Shown: piece after piece, positions 40,301-52,300 of the stretch
Layout: each line of letters begins with the position of its first letter
How positions within the stretch are numbered: position 1 is the first letter of the stretch
Origin: Chiloscyllium plagiosum
Lineage: Eukaryota
Assembly (NCBI RefSeq): GCF_004010195.1
Contig: NC_057722.1
Location: 55,394,295 to 55,458,294 of the forward strand
Direction of reading: 5' to 3'
DNA length: 64,000 nt
The notes under the pieces: generated by a model
Told to the model about the DNA's origin: nothing
What the model saw: the letters and a program-made list of their open reading frames with translations, nothing else
The model's database searches: none
Translations under genes and position numbers: made by a program

Positions 40301-43300
40301 GATCATGTGTATCATGACTTCAAAACTTTAAAGCATTCAGATCTGTTAACACAGTTGTGCAATGGAATCCCAAGCCCACTAATGGATTCAGCTCAGCAGG
40401 AATTATGGGAAAGCAGTATTGTCAATCTCTTCCCTGAAAACGATTGTGTTGCCTAAACCAACTGTATGAAAAGTTCACCAATGGTTTCAGATGTTTGTTC
40501 TACCAGGGTTTTCTCGACATTAAGACTTGAAGATTTTTTTCTTGTATTAGGAATAAGAGAACAGTTGTTTCAGCCCAATAAAAATCCGCAGTATATTAAA
40601 TATTGGAAACATGAAAGAGTTGTTTGATACTGATGTAGTTGGTCACAATTGGTGTGTGGTTCTTTCTTGGTTCAGCTGCCATTCTCTTGAGATCAGCTTC
40701 TTGTTCTCTGTCATGTGTCAGGTTCATCAACGGTGAATGCCTTCTTAGTTCGCATCTTTCCTCAAATTTTTAGGGCAAGGCATGCCTTCCTGCTCAGAGG
40801 GGATATTTTCTGGTAATGGGTGATATAAGTAATTTCGTTAGACGATGAGCTTCGTATCATTAGTGCTAGAGTTGGAACATCTGCTCAGAAATGAACAGGA
40901 AATTTGTGTGGGAGTGGAAGGATCTAGTCCTAATGATCCAAAAACATAGGCAGGAAAAAGAAGGAAGTTCCGCATTGCCAGTATGAGGAACTGGACATCA
41001 AATTGAGAAGCAGAATCTCAAAGATAGAACATAGAACATAGAACATTCCAGCACAGCACAGGCCCTTTGGCCCTCGATGTTGCGCCGCCCTGTCATACTA
41101 ATCTGATGCCCATCCCACCTACACTATTCCATGTACGTCCATTTGCCTGTCCAATGACGACTTAAATGCACTTAAACTTGGCGAATCTCCTACCAATGCA
41201 GGCAAAGCAATCCCTATTCTTACTCTGGATTATTAGCTGAGCCATTTACAGATGAGCATTGGGGAAAACAGAGAGAGAGTTTACAGAGAAAAAGCGTGGC
41301 CATGTTACTGGTGTGGGAGAAATGGGTTTGTGGAGACAGGCATCATTTCTGTGGAAAAACTCTTCTGTACAAATGGAACATCTGTGCCTGAACTATGACC
41401 TAGTGAATAGAGAGGATTTTAAACAGAATTGTGAAGGTAAGGGGTCAAACTTTGGAAGAAGTAGTAAATCAAGGAATAGAATCTTGGCTAAAGAACAATA
41501 TATTAATATGAGAAATGCTAAACAGACCATATCAGGAATGGATAGTGTAAAAACCTCAAAATCAACCATAAGAAGACTAGAATTTACAAAGACAGTAAAA
41601 GGATTAAACAAAAGACTCTGTACCTGATGCATAGAGCACTTTACAAAAAAGGATGAACTGAGAGTACAAACAGGAATAAGTAAGTAGCTTTTGTTAACCA
41701 TAACAGACACATGCCCACAGGTTGACATGGACTGGAACCTGAATGCTGAAGGGACAGGAGATTGAGGAATGATGGAAAAGGTGGAGGGTGACTCCATTTG
41801 TGAATGATTGTATTAGTGCAACAGGGAGGATGATCCAAATTCAGAACACCAATATGTGAAAACAGCTGAGGTCGAAATGCAAAATGATAAAGCAAGAATA
41901 CATTGGTGGAAATAATCTACAGGCCCCCTAACAATAAACAGACAGTAGGATGGGGCATAAAGGAAAAGTGAGAGCTTGTTGGAAAATAATAGTGATCACA
42001 ATTGGAGATTTTAACCAACATATTGACAGCCTAGATGAGGAGTTCATAGAATATTCTCAGGATTGCTCCTTAGAACAGCAAGTTCTGGAGCTGATCAGAG
42101 AGCAGTTTATAATAGATCAGGAATCGTTTAATGAGAGAGGATTAATTAAGTGATCTCATAGTGAAGATGCCCTTGGAATAGCAGCTACCATTATTAATTG
42201 AAGTTTCAGCTTGAGGGAGAGAGGAGAGGGACCAAGACCTTTTAAAAATTTTAAATCAGGGCAGTTTCGAAGATATGAAAGATAACTGGCTAAACTGAAT
42301 TGGCAAATTACATTGAAGCATAGGTTAATAGAGATGCAGTGGCAGAAATCAGAAATGTAGGGGATGTATACACAATTTGTAGAAGGTAATACGAAGTTTG
42401 GGAAACAAGTTTTAAAAGGCACTGAGATCCTGGGCTTTGAGGCAGATACAAAAGGAACAAAATTACAATAAGCCTTTTTTAAAACATAGCTGGAAATGTG
42501 TTGCTGGAAAAGCGCAGCAGGTCAGGCAGCATCCAGGGAACAGGAGAATCGACGTTTCGGGCATAAGCCCTTCTTCAGGATTCCTGAAGAAGGGCTTATG
42601 CCCGAAACGTCGATTCTCCTGTTCCCTGGATGCTGCCTGACCTGCTGCGCTTTTCCAGCAACACATTTCCAGCTCTGATCTCCAGCATCTGCAGACCTCA
42701 CTTTCTCCTTTTTTAAAACATATTCAGACTCATGCAGAGATTGTTTCCATTTCTGAGCATTGTACTTTAGCAGGAAAGCCGGGCCCTTAAATAGGCTGTG
42801 GAAAATATTTAAATGAATGTCAGAGATATAAGGGACATTGGTTAGAGGGATTGACTAGGTGCAGAATGTTCTCCATAGTAAAGGGACACTTAAGAGAAGA
42901 GTGGGAAGCATGTTCGAAAGGGGAGTAAATAAACAAAACTGTTCCTTTTGCAAAGAGGGTAGAGAACCAGAAGCACAGATTTAAGGTGATTGACAAGAGA
43001 AGATAAGGTAACATGAGAAAATGTTTTATGACGTAGCAAGTGATTATGATCTGGAATTCACTACTCAAAAGAGTAATGGAGGCAGATTCAAATGTGACTT
43101 TCAAAAGGGAATTGGTAAACACCTGAGGGAAGAACATTTTGTAGGATTACATAAAATGTGCAAGGGACCGGGAATATTTGATTTCATAGTTCTCACATTC
43201 TTGTGCTACAATCTTTCCTCACTTATAAACATTAGATGGTGTAAGTATGTGTTTTTTGCTTGCCACAATCCAAGTGCTGCAGTCTGACCTGACACTGGGG

Positions 43301-46300
43301 GAAAACAAGGTGGAAGATAGTGATAATAAAGTGGAGGTGCTGGTATTGGACTGGCATGGACAAAGTTAAAAATCATACAACACTAGGTTATAATCCAACA
43401 GGTTTATTTGGAAGCACTAGCTTTTGGAGCGCTGCTCCTTCATCAGGTGGTTGTGGAGCATAAGATCATAAGACACAGAATTTATAGCAAATTTGCTCAA
43501 AAAATGCACAATCTGCAGGCAGTCAATCCATTAAATATTTTGTAAATTCCACTTTGGGAATAGAACCTGTCTGACTCAAAATTGGGATACAGCCAGACTC
43601 TAACCTCACACCTCTAATGCATTGTCTAAGCTGAGACAATACCTTTTGTTACGAAATCTTAATTTATTTCAAGACTATGACTTAAAAGAAGTTCTGAGAT
43701 TTACATATTAATGAACTGAAACCTGCAACCCATTCTAAAAGATGAAAGACTTAACAACAATCCAAGTTTGTTTAATATATCATTTCAGTTACATAGCACT
43801 TACCTTTTGCTATAAATTCTGCGTCCTATGATCTTATGGTTCACAACCACCTGAAGAAGGAGCAGCACTCTGAAAGCCAGTCTTCCAAATAAACCTGTTG
43901 GACTATAGCCTGGTATTGTGTGATTTTTTTAAAAATGTTAATGAAGAGACAGCTTTACTCATTCTCAAACTCACTGATTGCAACTCACTCACTGACACTG
44001 CACTTATCTTTAAAGGCAGGATCAGCACATCAGGCATCAATGGCTCACAGGGTGGTAAGCATTACTCAAAGATTAATGAAGAACTGCCCAGTGTGTACTC
44101 AAAATAACCAGAGGAAAGGCCTGTTTAAAATTGGAACCTGGACTGTGGTTACAGCCATTTGGGCAGTGAGGTTAGGCAGGTTGTCATGGCTACTCTTTGG
44201 CCTTTCTCCCTTATTGAAGGATACCATGAACTGTGTCATGTTAACTACTGACAGTTGAAAAAAATTAAACCAAAGACAATTCTGATGTTTGAAACTGTCT
44301 TGCATGTGAGTGATCCGTGAGGTATTCATAAGGAGAAGTGAAGCAGGTTTAATGTTTAAAAGTTACTCACTTTTTCACCGTCAGCCTTTGCATCACAATT
44401 GGCAGCTCTAATATTGGAATCCTCCTTGCTGCATTCAGTTTCCTGAATTGTAAACTTCAATTCATACTTCATTCCAGCCACCACCTGTTTAAAAAAATAA
44501 TTTTATTAATGCAAAATTTCAGTGCAATGTATCATTATTGTATATAATTATCATTAGAATGGCCCACATTTTGCCTCCACATTTATATTTTACTGGCTGT
44601 TTAAAAATACTGCAGAAAATGTGGAAGAAAACAATATGAGTTCAAAGGCAAATTTGACATAAAATCAACAGTTTGAGAAGGTGAGTATCTAGGCCTTTGA
44701 AACACCCAAATCATGTGAAGTTGAATTTTCTCAAGACAGCAAGCAGACAAAAAGTGGTAGTAGATCCCAGCACTTGAGATAATTTTACAATTTACTTTGG
44801 AGATGTAAAGGGGCTTAACTGAGCCAGACACCATGATTATAGTTTTGCAGATAGTGAGCTGGTGATGGCCAGGGCGCACAGACCTCATGTGTACCAGCAG
44901 ATAGTCTGGAGCTCTACTTACAGATTAAATGCAAAATCTGTTAAATACTAAAAGACATTCATCCTATTACAAGCCTTTTTAACTGTTATTTATGCTACCT
45001 ATACTTGGTGCTGCCTATAGCTTTGCGGATTCCACCAAGTATGCTGGGCTGGGGAAAAACATCAAAATATGTTAGTATTCTTAAGCACCTTGGCAACAGT
45101 TGGTAGTTTCTCAAAGATTTTCATATCAAAAAAGTTCAATTTATTATGAAGCTGATTTAATGGGCGCCAATGAAACTATTGAGTGGTTCCTTTTGTTTTA
45201 CAGCAATGTAGAGTGTAAATTACATCATGTTCATGGTTAGACTCTACTCTGGATTGAGCTGGAGTCTCCTGCTTAGCTGGGAAATAGGAAGATCCAAAAG
45301 ATGATCGGAATCAGATCTCTCAGAAAACAAAAAAAAACTACATTAATTGTTGACATTCTTGCGAAGAAAAGTCTAACCTGATAAGTGAACGTGAATACAA
45401 TGTCATGCTGAAAGTAATTTGTATAGTTGCTCTCTGTGTTAAACTTTGCTACAGCAAGAGCAATTATTTCATTTAATTTGGGGTGGTCTAGCTGATGTCT
45501 TGGACATCCAGGACATGGAGGTCTTGGCCTATTCCCTATGGAAGAATGACACAAACAATTAGTATACAGCCAAACAGATAAAACTATTCATAATAGAGTC
45601 ATAGAGATGTACAGCATGGAAACAGACCCTTCGGTCCAACCCATCCATGCCGATCAGATATCCCAACCCAATCTAGTCCCACCTGCCAGCCTTAAAATCA
45701 TACAATGTTATTTAGTCCATCACCCCCATTATGATTTCCTGAAAGGACTTGTCACTTATTCTTATTTCTCTCTCCTTTCCCCATGACTTGCAAAGTGTTA
45801 CTTTATAAAACTAATCAAATTTATTTCTAAATTCTATTATGGATTTGCTTCCACCCTTTTCTGAGGTAAGCTGTTCCATGTTCTAAATAAATTTGAAAAC
45901 CAAAATATGTTCCAAACTATTCCCAGTGTTTGTAATATATCATCTATAGGTAACATGTTCCATTATTTCTGTTATATTTAGGGCTTTTAGTTTGGTTTAA
46001 TTTGTAGAATTCTCCCTGCTCAAAGCATCTGAGCTTGGTTCATTCTCCACAATTTTAGCAAAAGGGATAGAATTTACATCAGTTTCCATAAATTATGAAG
46101 CACAATCTCAGAAAATCTGTTGGACCAACATAAAAGATTGGTGAATCCGAAGTGTGGTGAGACCCTAAAATATTAAGGTGTAACCCACTTCTGATGGAAG
46201 GATAGTGAAGCAGTTTGATTAGATCAGATTCCCTACAGTGTGGAAACAGGCCCTTCAGCCCAATCCTCCAAAGAGTAACCCACCCAGATCCATTTCCCTC

Positions 46301-49300
46301 TGACTAAAGCACCTAGCACTATGGGCAATTTAGCATGGCCAATTCACCTGACCTGCACATCATTGTGATTGTGGGAGGAAACTGGAGCACCCGGAGGAAA
46401 CTTGCACAAACACAGACAGAATGTGCAAACTCCACAGACAGTTGCCCAAGGCTGGAATCGAGCCTGGGACCCTGGTGCTGTGAGGCAGCAGTGCTAATCA
46501 CTGAGCCACTGTGCCACCCCAGAAGACAAACACTTTTTAATTAAAGAACTAAGAGACAGTTTCAGAATAAGTTATCCACTTAAGACAGACTGAGCAGGAA
46601 TTTATTTTCTCACAGTATTGTGACTATTTTTATTTCTCCATCCCAGAGATTTGGGAGGCTATGCTATTAAAAGTATTCAAAACTGAGGTAGAACTATAGG
46701 GGAACCAACAGTTTGAGAGAACAGGGAAGAAAGTGAAGTTAAAGTCTAGACCATATCAGCCATGAACTTATTGAATGGCAGAGCAAGCTTTGTAGAATCC
46801 CTACAGTGTGGAAACAGGCCCTTTAGCCGAAGACCAACCCTCTGAAGGGTAACCCACCCAGACCAATTTCCCTACCCTATATTTACCCCTGACTAATGCA
46901 CCTAGCCTACACATCCCTGAACACTATAGCAATTTAGCATGGCCAATTCACTTAACCTGCACATCTTTGGATTTTGGGAGGAAACCAAAGCACCCAGAAG
47001 AAACCCATGCAGACATGAGGAGAATGTGCAAGCTCCACACAGACAGTCACCTGAGGCTAGAATCAAACCAAGGTCCTTGGAGCTGTGAGGCAGCAGTGCT
47101 AACCACTGAGCTACCGTGCTGCTTAAGGAGTCAAATGACCTATTTCAGCTTCTATTTGTTGTTTTGTCATAGGTTTCCTTACAAACAAACAAAATGGGAG
47201 ATGAAATAGGTCACTCCGCCCCTCAAGCCTGCTGCACCATTCAATAAAATCATGGCAGATCTGCTTAAGGTCCAAATTACAAATTCCCAGCCATCTGATA
47301 CTTTTGATTTCCTTAAAAGGCAAGAACTTGTCTCATGCTCCCATGAGGAGATTTAACAATTAATTTACCAGATCAACACTTTCCATCCCAACCTCAAATT
47401 CACCCGGTTCATCTCCGACACTTCCCTCCCCTTCCTGGACATTTCCTTCTTTGTCTTCAGTGACCAACTCCACACTGATATCTACTACAAACCCACCCTC
47501 TCCCATAGTTACCTTAACTACACCTCCTCCTCCCTGTAAAAACACAATCCCATGTTCTCAATTCCTCTGTCTGCAACAAATCTGTTCTTACTTCAAGGAC
47601 CATAAATTTCCTTGCCCTGTGATCAAAAAGCCCTCAATCACATATCCTCCATTTCTTGCAGCTCCAGTCTTGAAGCCCACCCCCCACAACCTCAATAAGG
47701 AAAGATTCCTTCTGGTCCTCACATTCCACCCGAGTAATCTTCAAATTCCACGCATCATCCTCTGTCATTTTCACCACCTATAGTCAGACCCCACCACCAA
47801 AAATATACTTCCCTCCCCACCCTTATCTGCATTCCATATGGATCGTTCCCTCCATGATTCCCTTGTAAGGTCCACACTCCCCATTAATCCCCTCCACACC
47901 TGGCATCTTCCCAAACCACCATAAGAGGTTTGAAACATGCACCCGCATCTCTTCCCTCAGCCCTGTCCAAAGCCTCAAAGAGATTTACTTGTACATCCTC
48001 CAACATAATTTATTTCATTTGGTGCTCTCGATGTGGTCTCCTGTAGATCAGAGAGACCGAGCACAAATCTACAGAATGGTTCAGGGAACATCTCTGGTCC
48101 TTATGCATCAAACAACCCCACCTTCCAGTGGCCATCCATTTCAACTCCTCCTTCCACTTCCTGAGGACATATCCATTCTGGGCCTCCTCCTCCTCCTACA
48201 CAAGGCCACCTGAAAATTGGAGGAGGAACACCTCATCTTCCACCTCGGGAGACTACAACCATACTGTATGAATATTGAATTCATGAGTTTCTAAATCTCT
48301 TCTCCCCATACCCATCCCAGATCCAACCCTCCGACTCAGATCTACTCTCTTGACCTGACCTACCTGTCCATCTTCTTTCCCACCTATCTGCCCCACTCTT
48401 CCCACCGACCTATCATCATCACTTCCTACCTTCATCCACCTATTGCCATCCCACCTACCTTTCCCCTAGTTCCACTCACTATGTATCTCTCAGTCCCCTT
48501 CCCCTGCCCCAGTCCTGAAGAAGGGTCAAGCCCAAAACGTTGCCTCGCCTGCTCTTTGGATGCTGCCTGACCTGTTGTGCTTTTTTACAGCACCACGCTT
48601 TATCAACTAAGAGTCTGTCAAACTCTACCTTAAAATTATTTCAATGAACCGACTTCTACAACATTCTGAAGTAAAGATTTCCAAAGACACACAGATAAAT
48701 AAAGTTTGAGAGATAAATAAAGTTTCCCTCATCACTGTCCTAAAAGGGTGATCCCTAATCGTAAACCATGCCCCCTAGTTCTAGACTCAAGGAAACATCC
48801 TTCCCGCACCCACTATGTCAAGATCCATTCAGGATCTTAGAACCTTAAACAAATCACCATTGCTCCTCTGATCTCCCGAAGACCATTAGGCATAGGAGCA
48901 GAATTAGGCCATTTGATTCATCGAGTCTACTCTGCTACTCGATCATGATTCATATGTTTCTCAACCTCATCTTCCTGCCTTCTCCCCATAACCCTTGGTC
49001 CTCTTGATAATCAAGAACCTATCTATCTTTGTCGTAAATACACTCAATGTCTTGGCCTCCACACCATTCTCTGACTATGAGTTCCACAGATTAACTGCCT
49101 TCTGAAATTCCTTCCCATTTTAGTTCTAAAGGCTTGTCCCTTCACTCTGAGGCTGTGCCCTCGAATCCCAGTCTCTTCTACTAATGGAAACATTTTCTCC
49201 ATGTCCGCTGTATTCAGACCTCTCAGAATTCTGTACATTTTAACCAGATCCCCCCTCATCCTTCTAAACTCCACAAAGTACAGATCCAGAATCCTCTACT

Positions 49301-52300
49301 GCTCCTCATATGACAAGCCCTTCATCCTCAGGATCAATCTTGTAAATTTCCTCTGTACTCCCTCCATCACTATCATATTCTTCCTTAGATATGGGACCCA
49401 GAACTAGTCACAATACTCCCAATGCCTTGTACTGTCTCTGCTCTTGTATTCTAGCCCTCTTGAAATGAATGCTGACATTGCATTTACCTCCCTGTCTGCC
49501 AACTGAACCTGCTTCTTAACCTTTTGAGAATCCTGAATAAGGACTCCTAAGCCCCTTTGTGCTTCAGATTTCCAAAGCCTTTCCCCATTTTCAAAATAAT
49601 CTACACCTCTATTCTTCCTACCAAAGTGCACAACCTCACACGTTATATTTCAACTGCCCCTTCTTTACTCACGCTCCTCAGCTGTTCAAGTCCTCTGCAG
49701 CCTCCCCACTTCCCCAACACTTCCTGCCCATCCCCTTATCCTTGTGTTATCTGCAAACTTACAATGCCGTCAGTTACTTTATCCAGATTGTTAATGTATA
49801 ATGTGAATAATTGTGGTCCCAACACTGATCCCTGTGGAACTCTACTACTGACTGAAAACAAACCAGATGGTCCAATTTTTCCTTATAAAACAAGCTGCTC
49901 ATTATCAATTTCGTAAAACTCTTATGAACTATGCCCAATGTATTTACATTCTTAAATAAGGAGACCAAAACTATACACAATATTCAAGATGTGATCTCAC
50001 TAATACTCTGTAACTAAAGCATTATGTCCTTACTCTTATTTTCACTTCCCTTCACAAAAAAGGCTAGCAATCCACAAATGTTCCTATTTGTTGCGATTTT
50101 TGAGAAGATTTGTAGCTCAGGTTGATGATAAGTATGTAAGTTAGCTCACTGAGCTTGAAGGTTTGTTTTCAGATGAAACTAACTTACATACGTTCCTATT
50201 TACCTTTGTGTCATTAATGTGCGTTGCCACCATGCCTTCAAACCCTTCATCTAAGTCATTGCATTAAATTGTAAAATGTTGAGGGTACAGCACAACCCTC
50301 TGCAGGTCCCCAATTATCCCAAGCTGCCAATTATGAATCTGACTCATATATGTACATACTCTCTGTTTTCTACCTGCCAGCCAGCCACCCAATCTTCTGT
50401 CTGTCATTGGTATGTTAGCCCCAGTGCCATGAGCTCCTACTTTGTGCAATAATGTTCAATGAAGATCTATGTCAAATACCTTCTGGAAATCACAGTGTAG
50501 TGCATTGATTGACTCCCATAATGCAGAGACTAGGAGAAGCGAGAACTGCAAATGCTGGAGATCAAAGTCGAAAAGTGTGGCACTGGAAAAGCACAGCAGA
50601 TCAGGCAGCATCCAAGGGGCAGGAGAGTCGACATTTCAGGCATAAGACCTTCATCAATAATCCTGATGAAGGGCTTATGCCCGAAACATCGACTCTCCTA
50701 ATCCTCGGATACTGCGTGAGTTGCTGTGCTTTCCAGCACCACACTTTTCAACTCCCATAATCCAGAGCTCATACAATTCCTTCAAAGATACTCATGCATG
50801 GCATCATATAAACACTTGTTTGAACAAACAATTATTGACGTTTGAGATGTAGCTCAATTCCCGACATGCTATTCCAGTGAGCCGTAACAGCTGGCCCATA
50901 GCTTCCGGTTTCCATTTGGACCCAGAGACTTAATAATCTGCAGCTCTGCCAGTTTGCCATTTATACCTTCCCTCGTGATTAGGATTTCATCAAGTTCCTC
51001 TTATTATACCTCATTGGGATGCCATGCTGGAAATCGAGCCCTGCTTTTTCCAGAGGAATCACAAATAATTTTTTTTTATAAACTATGTAATCATTCTCAA
51101 TTTGGCTGACATTCAAACCATAGTTGATAGAAAGCATGGATCAGGTTTCTGTCCAGCACACTAATGCACTAGTTATTTCAAATAATTGGAATCTAGTTAC
51201 AGGTAAACAGTTAGAAACCATCAATACCATGAATTAAAGGTCTAATCCCCTCATAAATCCCCTTATAAACTCCACTTTATGTACAGACAGACAAATGAAC
51301 AGGGAAAATAGGTTATTAGGCAGTGGGGAGACAAACTAGGAAGACAGATCAGTAGTCTTTGTTCTTTGGTTCTGTGACTGAGATGAGCTTTATGATCTTT
51401 CTGCTAGCAATCTTTAATTGTCTTTCTCTGGATGCTTCCACTTATTAGTAAGAGATACAAGGTGGCTGATTCACTTATAAAAATGCTTCTGACTTATCAG
51501 TTAAAATTCACAGTTTACACAACTATTACAGGAAGATAATTTGGCTTTCTTCAGATTTCAAGTTAGTTTTGGCTGCAGACAACAAGAAACATTGAACTCT
51601 TTGCACCCTCTATCAGTAATTGTTCCAACTGTTCATTTATTTGAGAACTCATCTCAAAGTGTTGGCAGAAAAATGGTCTTTGTCATTGATAACTGGTCAC
51701 TAGTCCATATACCAATCAACTTCTTGTTGCCAACTAGAGCTGCACCAGTACACCCAGTTGGATCCAAATCAACTGCATTTCAACCTTCAATTACTGCTTG
51801 TTTGTACAAATGTTTACATGATGTTGCAGTGAGAGTGAGGTTACTGGCTTTAAAAATATACAGCCACCCTTTTAAACACTGATTTTAAAGGACTCATTAC
51901 AGTCCGTGGTGTTTGTTTAAAACAAAACACAATTTAAAAAGCACAGTCCTTACATGCTTTTTCTTTAACCTACAGATTTGTTGGTATTGCTGTGATATTT
52001 TGTGTCTCCTCTTGAGTGATGGAAGCATAACATTTACTCATTATATCCACCATTTCTTTGTTATATACTATTAACCCTGTATCCTCATAGTAGAGGACCA
52101 ACATTCATTTAACATTTTTGTTCCTCTTTAGATTCCACTAGAAACCCTTGCTGTCTTTTTTTTAAAACACTTCTGGCTTCTTCTTATGCTCTAATTTATT
52201 AATCCTGATTAACTTTCTAGTTATTCTCTGTTTTTTGCATTCTGACCAGTCATCTGATCTGCACTTATATGTTCTCTTAACTTCTAAGGAATACAGTCAG

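Noticed and set aside
39947-40315. ORF containing LYPWTTYFSAPKFC, resembling the cystatin PW exon
   Set aside because: It lacks the upstream cysteine, and the nearest acceptor is in the wrong phase. 37224-37141 fits exon 6 far better.
40745-40880. Minus-strand PLPENIPSEQEGMPCPKNLRKDAN*, like a fetuin-type tail
   Set aside because: There is an in-frame stop just upstream with no AG acceptor in between, and it lies before exon 6.
42437-42678. Recurrent MCCWKSAAGQAAS small ORFs
   Set aside because: Translations of the Penelope-derived non-coding repeat.
45507-45533. RPRPP in exon 4 of paralog B as a bradykinin (RPP) start
   Set aside because: It continues CPGCP, the start of cystatin domain 2; wrong position and no GFSPFR-like remainder.
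51086-51954. Possible solo LTR (tgtaa...ttaca)
   Set aside because: No matching TSD; cannot be supported without a repeat library.
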